A DNA stretch of 63,204 bases, the filler included, from Collodictyon triciliatum (taxonomy: Eukaryota): assembly GCA_043381765.1 (NCBI GenBank). It is 4 parts of 4 records of this genome, joined end to end, with 100 filler letters (N's around TTAATTAATTAA, not from the genome) between each part and the next. Parts side by side here need not be neighbours in the genome. Positions count along the whole stretch, not along the records: positions 1 to 17,168 come from JBHJMP010001480.1; 3 more parts are not named here. One strand, 5' to 3'. The position numbers and the translations under genes were made by a program. Each line of letters begins with the position of its first letter. Position 1 is the stretch's first letter. This document shows positions 1 through 14,128 of this stretch, piece after piece. A model generated the notes under the pieces. That model was not told the DNA's origin, searched no databases, and saw only the letters and a program-made list of their open reading frames with translations.

Positions 1-76
<76 letters not shown>

Positions 77-1020
77 AACCGGACACATAAAATAAATGTT
101 ATTGCCTGAGTTACGTTACGTTGCTATGACTTTGAATCGAATAAAGTAAAAAAAAGCTTGACTGCTATGTTTTGTTTCTTAAACAGAGGAGGCTAAATCT
201 GTATAAATAAAACTATTTTTTTTCTAGAAGTACCAGTTGATTGGTTTCCATAATGTTGGAAATGAACTGGGGTACTCTTTTGGTGTAGACTCGACCAATT
301 ATATCAACATCCGGCTTTAATTCCGATCAAGGTGATACGTACAAGGGAATCTAAAATCAGCAAACGCCTCGACTATCTTGGATTCTCTTTAATTTTTTTT
401 AAAAAGATTTCAGTATCAAAGACTCATACCTCAAATACGTAAGAGACACTCATTTCGTGGAATCTCTGGACCGCAGCATTCTCACAATTCATCGACCAGA
501 CAGCGCAGTTTTCAAGGTAGATTTTGTCTAGAAAAATGAATATTTGCAAACCAAACGGAAAGATTCAGTCAATTTCGATATGAACATAGTTGGTTGTCAT
601 GAAATTAGACCATATTCATGGGACATTAAGATTAATATATTGTATTCAATGTATAACAATGTTATTTTATTTTGGCGTCTGTGCCGATATGTATACAATT
701 ACTTTTATCGGTTGTCCAAATTTCGCCGTATTGGTAGATATCTTTCAACCCAAAATCCAAAAGCTTTTGGAATAGCATGTGGTAATAATTCTTACCCTCT
801 AATGGGATTTCACTCATGAAAAATATTGATATCATTTAAACTAAGCACTTGTATTCACACAATCGAGAACCTACCTCCAAATCGAAGACAACATTCTCCT
901 GAAGTAGAAGTGCTTTATAAATATCATAAGAGTTGTGTGATTATATTTACTATATAACTTCCTATCACACTTAGAACATGGATTTATTTCGAAGAAATTT
1001 AAAATAGTAATTTGTTCGGG

Positions 1021-3424
1021 TCACAACTGATTATGCAACTTTAAAGAATGAGAATACATGTTTGCTTTCTTTCTGCTCTCAGTGTGCTGTTTAAGTAACG
1101 ATGCCACTTTTTCGTGCCCATTCTGGAGCGCATCACGGTACGGTGTACCTATGAGAAATATTCACACATTTTTAATAAAGCAAACAAATACAAAAGCAGA
1201 AATCATTATATATAGAGGCGCCTGGAAAATCACCTACTAAAGCAGTGTCATGAATTGTGTGAGACTTTTGAATATTACCTCCAAATGAATCAATTGGTGC
1301 TGGCTTGACCCCAAGTGATAACAGAAATTCAACAACTTCGACATGTCCTTCCGTTGCGGCCAGGTGCAAAGGTGTGCTATCATTATCAAAGAATAAAATT
1401 TAAAAAATGCCAACAGCAGACCATAAAGCGCCAGTAGAGGTATTCTAATAGTTACCGATTATTCGAGTCAAATACATTGAAGTTACAGCCAATATCTTTG
1501 AGATATCTTAATTTGCCGATATCGCCTATATGTTCATGCAGAAATAAATATAACACACAAATACTCTGCTGAGCCTCGTGATACAATCAGCAAGCATTAA
1601 TTCTCCAGAATCAAACATTCTATGAACAGCATCTTACCAAGAATATTCATACTCTATCAACTCGCACACCAATAAAGTAAAGGTATAAGGCAAACCTTTC
1701 GAAGCGGCGTTCATCAATGCCATTGTCGAGTCTTCAATAGCGTCCATCACGATTCCACCATGAGAGCGCAAAAAAATAGCAGCATCATCATGGTTATGGG
1801 AGATGGCGTATTTCAAAGGAGTATTGCCCTATTTATGGAAGTACAAAAAATAAAACAAAAAATAAAACAAAAAATAAAACAAAAAATAAAACAAAAAATA
1901 AAACAAAAAATAAAACAAAAAATAAAACAAAAAATAAAACAAAAAATAAAACAAAAATAAACAAAAAATAAAACAAAACAAAAAAATAAAACAAAAACAA
2001 CAAAACCATTTTGACTTTGGGTGTATATGTATTTTATTTTTTTAAACAAAGAAGGAATTCAAGAACTAAAGGCAGACCCATCTATCCTCTACATTGACGT
2101 TCATGCCAGCACCAACCAAAAATTCCACGAGCTGCAAATGACCACCAACTGCGGCAAGATGTAGCAATGTCCTATATACACACGTATTTTCATAGCCTTT
2201 CAATGCATAAACACCCCAACTTCGTCATAAAAAGTGGTGTTGGTACCTCTTATCGTAGTCGCAAGATTTCAGGTTGGCTCCGTTCACGACAAACTTCTTC
2301 ACAAGTTCCACTTTACCTTGACTTGCAGCTTGGAACAAGGCTATTTTTGGAAGCAATCAATTAAATTTAAGCTGTCCTATGAATAAATATTCTCAAAAGA
2401 AATTTTAATAAATTGAATGTTTATTTTGTCGGCTATGACGTAATTGAGAAGGCAAATATTGCATGAAAACCTGGGATATTTTGGCCCTGGTCGGTAACAA
2501 CTATGCCTCCTCGAGAGCTTAGGATCTTCTCAATCTTGAAACGAATGAATAAATGAAACATAAGATGATAAATTAATTTGCTGGTCCATTTTCTTCACAT
2601 TCACGCACCAAAATTATCTTCAAATATTTTCACAAGACTTGCTATATATACGCACAGCTTCATGACCTCCTAACAGTGCATCCTGAATGGGAGTATGGTC
2701 CCATCTATCAGTGGCATTAACATTAGCACCAGCTTGGACCTATGACAGTAATATATGAAAAATAAATAAATGATTAGACCGCTGCATTCAAATTATTTCC
2801 CGCCCAACCAATAAACATCATCAAGATACTCATAGCTTTTATCATGAAAAACTTTTCTAGTTTACCAGATACTGAACCGTCTCCAGATGGCCCCCAGCCG
2901 CTGCTAAGTGGAGCGGAGTTCTAAAATTCAACTGTCACTACTTAATTCTCTTTTTTTTTCCCTGAAAGAAAATAAATAACGCTCGGAAAGAAGTAGAACC
3001 GATGCTACTTTCATCACACAAACCGTTTATCATAATCCATAATGTCGATGTCAGCAGAAGAAGATATATAAGATTTAAGTGTTTCTAAGTCCCCATTTGC
3101 GGCGGCAGTAAGAATTCGAGTTTGCAAATCCATGCTCTGCAGAGTGTATGAAAGTGTGACACAACTTATCACTTTACCAGGGGGGTTTTTTTTTTTACAC
3201 TCACCGGTCCATAATTTCCCGATGTTGCTCCATGGTCACGAAGAAGTTTAACAATTTCGATGTGATTGTTAGCCAACGCATTTTGAACAGGGTCTCTTCC
3301 TTGGTCATCGAGCTGCATAAATGAATAATAAATGAATAATAAATGAATAATAAATGAATAATAAATGAATAATAAATGAATAATAAATGAATAATAAATG
3401 AATAATAAATGAATAATAAATGAA

Positions 3425-3511
<87 letters not shown>

Positions 3512-6500
3512 ATTGTTCGAAATGTCGATACTGAACATGAACTAATACAAGGACAACCGTTTTGCGTGTGAATTAAATAAATTTTGAATTAAGAATGTAA
3601 ATACCATGCCAACTTTCCCACCAGCTGAACGGAATAATTAGGGAATATAACAAAAACGTTAGAGAAAATACTATGATACACACAAACCAGCACGACTAGG
3701 TATTCTTTGGCAAACAGACTAGAAACATTGGATTGGGTTTTCAACGTATGTAAAATTAACCTTCAATCAAAAGGCGTACAGTTTCATAATGCCCTCCAGA
3801 ACTTGCGAGATGCAGTGGTGTTCTAAGTAGAAAAAAAAAACCATGACAATATTTGTAAATTCAAGAGAAAAACAATATATTACGGCGGGTTGTTAAAATC
3901 ATAATACCTTTTACTGAAATCAACTGAGTTCGGGTCAGCACCTCTTTTTAACAGTGTAGTCAACAAGTCCACGTTTCCTTCACTATGTGATAGTTAATAA
4001 ATTAACTCACAGTTATTTTGCATGATAGTACACACAAATAAACCTTGCTGCTGCACATAGCTCGATTGCCGCAGTTGTGGACGGAGAATGCGGTTGCTCA
4101 GCATCGCTTTTCTCAACTTCCATAACATGTTGCTGGAGGAAGTTGAACACCTCAATTTCTCCTGCAACATATTCAACATTTCAACACGCTTGCAGTAATC
4201 TAACTGGGTTGATATTTAGCATTACTACGAGTTGAATGATAGACCTGCTCTCTGTGCATCATCCATAGCAGTATTTCCCCAGCGGTCTTTTGCCATGACT
4301 TCTATGTCGGTGTGATGAACCAGAAACTAAGAGTGAAATGAAAAATAATTGTACACATTCCATCATTTATTGTATGTGTATTGAGGTGCTACTTTTTTGC
4401 ACAATATTGTACGATTTTTATTAATTACCTCGACGATAGGTAAATGGCCCTCAACAGAGGCCAAATGCAGTAGGGTTCTTATCAAAAAAATGATGAAATT
4501 GAGGGGACATTGTGTGAGTAGTCAAATACTAATGTATATATGGACTTACCGATTGTCGTAGTCTTTCACAAGAAAATCTGGCTGGTGTGCGATGATTCGG
4601 TTCAGCAGGACCATATCCCCAGAGTAGACTGCTTTTCGGAGAAGTTTGTTGATATTTGAAGGGACCAGGCTAATGATGCTAGACATAATTGGAAAAGGTA
4701 ACATGTGATAATTTTAAGCAGAAATACCTCTTTAATTCGATGACTACAACCCACGCCAAAATGGAAGGAAATGCCATATAATCATGTAAATTTACAGCGG
4801 AAAAATTCAAGTTAAATATAAACCTTTCTTGCGAACTGACACCACTAAAGCTCGAGATAGATGATGTCTCAGAGTAGTCTGTGTGGTCAGAACCAGGTTG
4901 CTATGGGTATTTCTTATATTATTTTTCTGTAAACAATAATCTCCTAGTGAATGCTCATTTAAACTCTTAATTTTTTTAATTAATTAAGAGTTTCTTTTGG
5001 TTTGTTTTTACGGTAGAGGGAGGAGGAGGGCTGTGAAAGGATTCTGCACTCCCATCAAGTCTCATTTGCTGGCGGAGCAGATTCATTTTGCGCTCCAGCT
5101 TTTTTCATTATTTGAAGAATTGAGCAATTGTGGCTTGTAAATGTAAAAATGTCACTGTCAGGCGAATAAATCTTACCTCATGGTACTCTTCGACTAAATC
5201 TCTCGATGAGGCGGCACTGTGTTCTGATCTGTGATAGTTATGAACTGATCAAATTGGGCGGTTGATGAATTAAGAATTCGGATGAATACAAACAAATTAA
5301 GAAGTTTTTTTTTCTTTGCAAATGTCAATTAATGACTCTATTTGCATAATCATAGTTATTCAGCTGAAATATGACGATTCAATGGCCAGTTACTTTGCTG
5401 ATTCACTTTGTCTTCTGTCCGAGGGCTGTGCAATTTGAACCCGAAGTTTACCTACGAAGAATCGCAAAAAAAAAAAAAAATTACAACAAATATCTTTATA
5501 AATAAAAAATATATTTGAACTTACTGCAATCAAGGATGTATAATTCGTTGGTGACAATGTCAGCAGAACTCGCACCGCCGAAGACGTACTTCCTGGATTT
5601 CAAATTATGTCATATGAGCATTAGAAAACTTTGTTTCATAAACATATATTGGTTTGTATTTTCATTCCACTATTTGAAATTATGCAATTGCTCTTTTGAC
5701 GATAAATAAGGTTCTGAATTAAAAAATAATGGAAGTAATTTCACCGTGTCCCGACTGCAGTTCCTCCATGCTTAAATCTTGGAGAGGGAGTATCACCTAG
5801 GAGATCAGCAGGATACCATCTGCTATTATCTGCAGTTTTTTTTTTTTTTGTTTGTAGTTTGAATGAATATATTCAGTTTGACATATTTTTACATTTACAC
5901 AGATTTTGTTCATGTTTTATTTTATACATATATATGGAAGGGACAATATCATATAAAAAATCCAACATAATGATTAAACACAATATCTGAATCTTCATGT
6001 AAGATGCAAACCAGGATTGTATATCCATATATCACTAACTAGCCTATCATTTCCAGTTACACCTCCCATATAAACTAAGAGATCATCAATTAATGTGCAA
6101 GAATGTCCATTTCGGGCAGATGGCTTATCACCAACAGGGTCGGCTTTAGTCCATACCATCGTATCTGAAAGATAATCTCAAGTTATTAATATCTGCCAGA
6201 ACCACAATCTGTTTGGGGGTTTGGTGAAAGGCTGAGTAAACATTCTGAGGATATTGAAAGAAATTATACGGTGCGGCCTGATTAATTCTTTTAGAACATC
6301 ATACCAAGGTCGAGAATATACATGTCATTGAAAGATTTCTTGAAGTTGAAACCACCAAAGACAAACATTTTATTGTTTATAACATTGGCAGAGTGTCCCT
6401 TAGTTGTTTTTTTTTTTTAAAAAAAAAGAAGGATTACTAAATTGAAGAATATTTTATATGATCATTCTTTTGTCGTATTTAACCTATATATGGTTAAGTC

Positions 6501-7734
6501 ATAAAAGGTTATATCATTACTCCTCTCCCTGAAGGAACGTCCCCACTCGACTTTTCCTTGTACCAAATGCCAGAGTGTTCATCAAAAATGTAAAGGTCAC
6601 TATAAATCGTGTCGTGCGCACCTATGATTGTTAAAGTATCATGGCGAGTAGATGGTAAAAATTCGAAAGCAATCAGACAAAAGCGATTTGCTTATCAAAT
6701 TGGTGTTTTTTTTTTTTCAGAAACCAAACCATATCCTCCAAACATGAATATACGATTTCGGTAAGTGATGCATGAATGAGCGTATCGTGGTTTTGGGTTC
6801 GTCTGTATACGAAAAGGATAAGAAATAAATTGCCGATGCATTTCAAAATATCTTTTAAGTAGATATTTCATCAATCAATAAATACGTGCATACACATATA
6901 GAAAACAAGAGAATTGAACTTTTATAAATTAAGCAACCTTTTCTGGTGTCATCAGTTTCTGCCAACGGCCCGTTTCGGTGTGGAGGATGTATGTATCATT
7001 ATAGACTTCTCCACCTCCACGACCTCCAAACACATACAGTCTGTCTGATATTGCTGTGGCTGCATGCCCAAACCTCCCAGTGGGACATTCACCCACGGGA
7101 GGTATCAACCTCCAAATTAAGTCGACTACACCACACAATACAATAATTGACAAACATGGTTTTTTTTTTAACTTTCTTTAAATGCAAACTATAACAAAAA
7201 TCGAAATATATATGTTTCAATTTTATGAGCCACCATGGAAAAAACAACAACAACAACAACAACAGCAATAGCAAAAAGATTGCCTGGAATTAGAATACCT
7301 GGGTCAAGAACGTATGTGTCGTTCAGCAAGCGAACTCCTGAACCTCCAACAAGGTAAAGTTTTGAGCCGCATGGGGCGAGAACATGTCCCCAGCGAGCAG
7401 GTGGATTTCCCGACGAGATAGTTTCGTGACGTGCCCAGGCAAGGTCAACTTTTACCTTTGGAATTTCTTCCTCTAATTCAAAACGCGTTTTGTGAAAAAA
7501 TAATAATAGAATACAGATATTTGGAGGGTAAGAGAAGAAAAGAAAAGAAGAAAAGAAGAAAAGAAGAAAAGAAGAAAAGAAGAAAAGAAGAAAAGAAGAA
7601 AAGAAGAAAAGAAGAAAAGAAGAAAAGAAGAAAAGAAGAAAAGAATTCGTAAGGAGAATCAAAGGATATTTAAAACACAAACCATTGATTTGCTTTGAAG
7701 GTTTCTTGGAAAATGTGGAGCGAAGAGACTTCAT
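1021..7734 (-). CDS. Kelch beta-propeller (6 repeats) + ~15 ankyrin repeats protein, multi-exon
   Basis: ATG at 7734 (MKSLRSTFSKK). Six Kelch units, e.g. PPARWGHVLAPCGSKLYLVGG, PTGRFGHAATAISDRLYVFGG, PKPRYAHSCITYRNRIFMFGG, PSARNGHSCTLIDDLLVYMGG. Then five ankyrin triplets (DYDxR|TxLHLAAxxGH...DRWGxTP). Last clear exon GTPYRDALQNGHEKVASLL...* with TGA at 1021-1023; alternative splicing to a stop near 706 is possible. Confidence 0.85.
1845..1975. repeat. Intronic 12-mer tandem repeat (AAAATAAAACAA)n
   Basis: Directly visible; produces the spurious KIKQ ORF. Confidence 0.95.
3318..3512. repeat. Intronic (AAATGAATAAT)n followed by (AAAT)n
   Basis: Directly visible. Confidence 0.95.
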
Positions 7735-7883
7735 TCCTGGTGCAAAATCGAAGGGTTATCAATTCCGATATGATGGTGATTGTTTGTCTTTGTTATTTGC
7801 GAATAGATATAAATGGATACACTACAGAATAACAACTTGGGTGCGCTTAATAAATAGGTGAAAAACAAAAGAGAAGAAAGAAA

Positions 7884-8095
7884 AAGAGAAAGAGAAAGAG
7901 AAAGAGAAAGAGAAAGAGAAAGAGAAAGAGAAAGAGAAAGAGAAAGAGAAAGAGAAAGAGAAAGAGAAAGAGAAAGAGAAAGAGAAAGAGAAAGAGAAAG
8001 AGAAAGAGAAAGAGAAAGAGAAAGAGAAAGAGAAAGAGAAAGAGAAAGAGAAAGAGAAAGAGAAAGAGAAAGAGAAAGAGAAAGAGAAAGAGAAA
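7884..8095. repeat. (AGAGAA)n microsatellite upstream of the Kelch-ankyrin gene
   Basis: Directly visible; produces spurious RE/SL/SF ORFs. Confidence 0.95.
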
Positions 8096-8624
8096 TGTAA
8101 AGAAAAAATGAAAATAACAAAAAAGAGAAAGAAATAAGCAGGATCGATCGGCCTCCCGCCTAACAAGAACACGCGATCTTCAGTCACTTGCTCACAATAT
8201 CATCCCTATTTCCAAATCAAAGCGAGTGTCCAAACAGGCTCCAAGTCATTTGACACGGGCTCCCCAAAGTCTTTGTTGTCCTGCAACGCTCCGACCCTGT
8301 GACGACATAACAGCACACGACCCGCCGCCAAAGAGAACTCACAACCTCGCAATATTCACTGCGTCCACACGCAGCAGCATATTTCTAAGCAGCCGAGCAG
8401 AATGGTGTGCAGTTATCGTCCCTCAGAGTCCAGCTTTCTCGATCACGGTTGATCACGGTTGATCACGATCTAACAAACCACCGCGTGACTCGATGAACCA
8501 CTTCAAAGAAAGTAGAAGGAGGGCGCTTTACCATACCTAATTCGTAACCGACAAAGGCAGGATTCTTACCACAAAATTATAACGCGTTTGGTTCGTGAAT
8601 GGGACAGACTCGTTTTGGCTTTTC

Positions 8625-8647
8625 CTTCTTTCTTCCTTCCTTCCTTC

Positions 8648-8730
<83 letters not shown>

Positions 8731-8839
8731 TCCTTTCCTTTCCTTTCCTTTCCTTTCCTTTCCTTTCCTTTCCTTTCCTTTCCTTTCCTTTCCTTTCCTT
8801 TCCTTTCCTTTCCTTTCCTTTCTTTCCTTTCCTTTCCTT
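8625..8839. repeat. (TTTC)n/(TTTCC)n microsatellite right after the acyl-CoA synthetase stop
   Basis: Directly visible. Confidence 0.95.
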
Positions 8840-11800
8840 TTAATGTGTGGCGTCCACAGCAAATCCTTTCTCATCGTAGATGCGGTCAAATACCGGCCCA
8901 AACTTCTTTTCAATCTCCTTTCGCTTGAGCTTCAACGTCGGTGTCACTTCGCCCTCCGTCTGTGTACAATTTCAAACAGATATTAGTGAGAAACGCTTTT
9001 TGTGAAATGAAGATGACGAAAAGAACTAAGACAGATGTCTCTTTTGTGGTACCTGGCTGAAATCACGCCCAAGAATAAAGAATCGACCAACAGATTCCAC
9101 ATGGGAGAGGGCCTTGTTTGCTCTAACGACAGCCGCTTTCATTCTGTTGACGTAGTCGGGATGTCCTACCACCCTGCACCAAAACCAAGGTGAATATGGA
9201 CATATGAACACCTTAAACATAACTCAAATCGCACCACTGGAAAGCATAGTATAGGATATTAAAAGTGCATAAAAAGGAGAGGTATAAGGGAAAAGAAAAG
9301 AGATTTTTCACTGGTAGTAGAAATATATATAAAAAAGTAGATCCGAATCTGGTTAATTCCCAAGAGTATTGTAAACAAGTTGCAATAATTTCAGCGCATA
9401 CTTTGCTGTGGCTTCGTTAAGAGCTGGGCTCCGGTCGTAAGGATTCTTCATAAGCTCAACCGTCAGTGTTTTGACTTCATCCTGACAGAAAATTAGATTA
9501 AAGAAAAATAATCAATTTCCTCTTTCCTGCACCGCGAAGGTTTTACAAGATGTTGTAGCCAGATTTCAACAGGAAATCAATACTTTCTGTAAAAGTCCAC
9601 GCGCCAAACCGAATTCTAAAGTTTCTATTGGGCTCGGAGCTATCAGACATGTGATGAATGCTCTGCGGTCTCCATGGGCATGAACGTTGCTCTGTTATCG
9701 ATTGGAAATGCATAAATTGAAAAGCTAGAAATAATTGGAGAAAGTTGGAGAATCAACCATCGGTTTTTTTTTTATTATCAAGTTTCATCGATAATTTAGT
9801 TACAATTAACTCATCCTGTGATTTAATGGAAAGCTCGATGTTTGCCGGTGATATATTCTACATGCTGAGTGAATTTCATATTAAGGTGATTAATTCACTC
9901 TAATGCTCCTTCAATTTATGTGAAATCCCAAACGGAACGAAAGAATAAGATAGCTATAATGTAACTTTCCATAAAGTTCACTTTTTTGCAACATACGTAA
10001 GATTGTTTGATTTTATATTGTAACCAAACGAGAATAAGTGATTGGTCACCTTTCCACCAGCGGTTATAATGAGATGCTTTTTCCTATCCGTGATTTTCAG
10101 ATAACCGAAAGAATCCACCTCGCCTATGTCGCCGGTGTGAAGCCATCGTTCGCTACATTATATCGAGTAAGACTAGGTAGTCAAGAGCAGAGGTGGATTG
10201 ATGAGAATGAATTACCTGTCGATAACCTCTTGTGTGGCTTCATCATTCTTCATGTATCCTTGGAATACCCAGTCACCACGGATTAGAATCTCTCCATCCT
10301 CGGCAATCTTACACTAAAAATGCAAATGCTATTACATTATGACATTCTCTGGGCGTAGGAACAAAAATGAAAGAAAAAAGGAAGCTGGAAATCTGGATCG
10401 TACGTTCAATTAATCGATTTAGATATGCATTTACAGTCAGCACATGTTTCATACCTCAATTCCTTCCAACGGTGTGCCTACAGAGCCAAGTTTTGGCTTC
10501 TTCAGGGGGTTCCTGTGGCAAATACAGGAAGCCTCAGTCATACCATATACCTAGGTATTGATTACACAATATTATCCATGAACTAATAAATTAATAGAGT
10601 CTGGTTGTCAAGAATTTCAGGGGATATGATAAATATTGTTTGTAGTTTTTTCTTTCTTTCTTTGACATCGATGCAAATTCAAATTACCTCAAGGACAGGA
10701 AATCCAACAGCCCACATGAATCTCATCACTGACATGCCGATAGGGGCAGCACCAGTCACAAATGGGCGGACATGACCTCCAATAGCCTGAATGCAAGTAT
10801 CATTATTTGATGAACGAAGCAATACATTTGTCAATTTTGCTATTCGTAGTAATGCCACGATTAGAGGTGATGCAGCCAACTTCTATTCTTTCAAATAGAA
10901 ATATTGATTACCTTCCTGATGACACGGAAAATCGTGTAATAAGCCACGGCATACTTCATCCTAAGAAGAAATGGGATACTGCCTTTTTGCATATGGTCGA
11001 TGTATTGGTACCCAACATCCATGCAAGCATTGAAAAAAATCTGGACAAATTTTGGCTTCGCTGATATTTCCTATCAAAGCAGAATATGGATAACTAAGAA
11101 CACATTATAAATCCTGCGACATTATTCGGGTTCATGTGAAATGTAAATGTATCAGACAATACTTGAATGATTTTAATTTGAGCTTTTTCGAATATTCTGG
11201 GGACGCTTCCGAAGATTGTTGGTTTCACCTCAACCACTTCGTTTAGAACTGCTCCGATATCAGTCGCACTAATTACCAGAAAAATAAAAATTGTGGCTTA
11301 ATACTTGAAAATACACAAAGTCAAAATTATGATTTACATACAAAGTGAAAGTATCGGATCTTCTTTTAAAATTTTTACTAATATCCTATGAAGCCGAATA
11401 TGATCCGCCCATAAAAGGCAAAAACTCTTTCAGCTGCATGGGCCATGGGTAGGAAAGATAAGAAGCGGTCATTTTCCTTCAAGTCTAACCAGTCAGTGAA
11501 ACTTCGTCCCATCATCAAAATATTTTTGTGGGATATCATCGCACCCTTCGAGAAGCCTGTGGTTCCTGTAACATTGGCACAAGGTTTTAAGATATGATAA
11601 TATACAAAGTTATTTTTGGCAAATCATATAAACATTTTTATTATTGGTTTGATTTGTAAATCTCTCTGAAAAATAGTATGATGTAAAAAAAAAAAAACTA
11701 ATGGTTCAATAAGCTACCAGATGTGTATATGATAATAGCCGTCTTATCCCAGAGTCTGGAAGCTATGCGACGATTCCTCTCTTCGATGCTGATCGGACTT

Positions 11801-13101
11801 TTCAAAAATGAAGACCAAGACATCACAATTTTGTTGGAACCTGCCAAACCAAATCAAACAAACAAAAATTAACAATTTTCTTTTTTGAAAAAAAAAAACT
11901 ATTTTTGTGCTAGCAAAAAAATATAAACATAAAAAAGAGTACAGCAATGTCTTTCGATTTCGGGCTCAAATAACTCTGTTTTCTGAGTGGAACTATCAAA
12001 CCTGCATACTTTGCCGCCAATGCATCATTCCATGTGATTACATTTGTCACCTACAATTTTTTCTGCTTCAGCACATAAGCGTATAAATAAGATTTCAAAT
12101 ATTGAAGTCATTAAAGGCCACTCGATTTTTATACGAAAGCATAAGTTGCCTTCATGCTTGGTCCGCCGAGGGCTACAGCACCCAACAGAGACTTCAGCTC
12201 ATCTTCCCCGTCAACAAAAACGAGCTTTGACTCGCTATTTGTGAGAATGTGATGAATTTGCTCTGCTGTTTGCTTTGGATAGATGCCTGAAGAAAGTATC
12301 ATTCCATTTTACGTCAGCATTATGTTATTATATTCAAAATGGTAAATATCTCAGATTTTGTCGATGAGTCGACACTCACCAACACTCACGATGCCTGCAA
12401 TATGACACGCCATGTCTAGATAGCTCCATTTTGCTTTTGTTGGGCCTAGTATGCTCACACATTCACCTTCTAAAACACCCAGTTCAATCATACCTTTGAA
12501 GATTTTTTTTTTTAAAAAAAAAAGGGAAATAAAACATGTATTTGGTATATGGATTGTGTCTGATGACAAGTATCTTGTTTTTTTTTTTTTTCCTTTTCCT
12601 TTTTCATTCAACTAAAATCGAAAAACAAAACCGTTTCCGAACCTTGAGCTGAGCGAGCAGCAAAGTCATAGAACTCATGGTAAGTGAAAGGCTTCCAGAC
12701 TTTGTTTTCCTTCTCATAGTAGGCGATGCGAGGACCATCTCTATGCATATTCGAATTACAGCAATACACATTGATTCGATCTTTTTTTTAGTTAAGTGAC
12801 TCCACAGGTCTGAATAAAAGTAAACTGTTTTTCGAAGCATACCTTTCAACACGCTTGATGAAAAGCTCACCCAGAGACTTTGCTTCATAGGCCAAGTTAG
12901 CTGCAATTTTCCCATCGTCTATACGATGACGAGACTATCTTAGCAAAGTGGGAAATATTTACATGTATGAGTTCATGTGGAGATAAAATATAAGAACCCA
13001 CGGCGCTCCTCAGGGAAGAAAAAGTAAAAGAATGGAGCCAACATCTTTTGGAGGATTCCTAGAAGGATCTCAAAAGGAACGCACAGAAAGCAACTTGCCA
13101 T
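8840..13101 (-). CDS. Long-chain fatty-acyl-CoA synthetase (AMP-binding, FAA1/COG1022 type), multi-exon
   Basis: ATG 13101 ([10 protein letters not shown]). AMP-binding motif [18 protein letters not shown] (~11740-11530), [56 protein letters not shown]-terminus [18 protein letters not shown]...DATH* (TAA 8840-8842). Confidence 0.93.
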
Positions 13102-13527
13102 GCTGTTTTTTTTTTTTTTTTTTGAGGAAAGAAAGAGTCAGAATTGATGTGTAAAAGACTTCACTTCTGAAAGTGTGAAAAACATCTTGCAAGCGCTCAA
13201 TAAAAGTCGCAGAAACAACCAATTGTGAGCACCTGTCAGCCGTTTGATTCACACAAACTTATCACTCACAGAGCTTTTTGCAAACTTATTTATTCACTTC
13301 CTTCTTTCCTTCTTTCCTTCTTTCCTTCTTTCCTTCTTTCCTTCTTTCTTCATTTCTTCATTTCTTCATTTCTTCATTTCTTTCAAAGTGATTTCCTCTC
13401 AGACAAACCAAAAAGTCTGCTGCCCTGTCTGATTTGTTGCTTCTGTGTTTAAAACTGGGACGCAATATAGAACCAAAAAAAAAAAAGAAGCCCCACTTGC
13501 TTCCAGGCAGCCGAAGCGAAAAAATAC

Positions 13528-14128
13528 NNNNNNNNNNNNNNNNNNNNNNNNNNNNNNNNNNNNNNNNNNNNNNNNNNNNNNNNNNNNNNNNNNNNNNNNN
13601 NNNNNNNNNNNNNNNNNNNNNNNNNNNNNNNNNNNNNNNNNNNNNNNNNNNNNNNNNNNNNNNNNNNNNNNNNNNNNNNNNNNNNNNNNNNNNNNNNNNN
13701 NNNNNNNNNNNNNNNNNNNNNNNNNNNNNNNNNNNNNNNNNNNNNNNNNNNNNNNNNNNNNNNNNNNNNNNNNNNNNNNNNNNNNNNNNNNNNNNNNNNN
13801 NNNNNNNNNNNNNNNNNNNNNNNNNNNNNNNNNNNNNNNNNNNNNNNNNNNNNNNNNNNNNNNNNNNNNNNNNNNNNNNNNNNNNNNNNNNNNNNNNNNN
13901 NNNNNNNNNNNNNNNNNNNNNNNNNNNNNNNNNNNNNNNNNNNNNNNNNNNNNNNNNNNNNNNNNNNNNNNNNNNNNNNNNNNNNNNNNNNNNNNNNNNN
14001 NNNNNNNNNNNNNNNNNNNNNNNNNNNNNNNNNNNNNNNNNNNNNNNNNNNNNNNNNNNNNNNNNNNNNNNNNNNNNNNNNNNNNNNNNNNNNNNNNNNN
14101 NNNNNNNNNNNNNNNNNNNNNNNNNNNN
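13528..14128. other. Intra-scaffold sequence gap
   Basis: Run of N without linker; similar gaps at 50290-50723 and 62039-62153. Confidence 0.97.

Noticed and set aside
230-530. Exon-like segments near the window start
   Set aside because: Strand and frame are ambiguous and no product is recognisable.
7731-8986. Long low-complexity ORFs (RE/SL/SF, FLSF, KERK), and similar ORFs at 13358-14299, 45189-45789 and 61498-61740
   Set aside because: Translations of microsatellites or N-runs, not genes.
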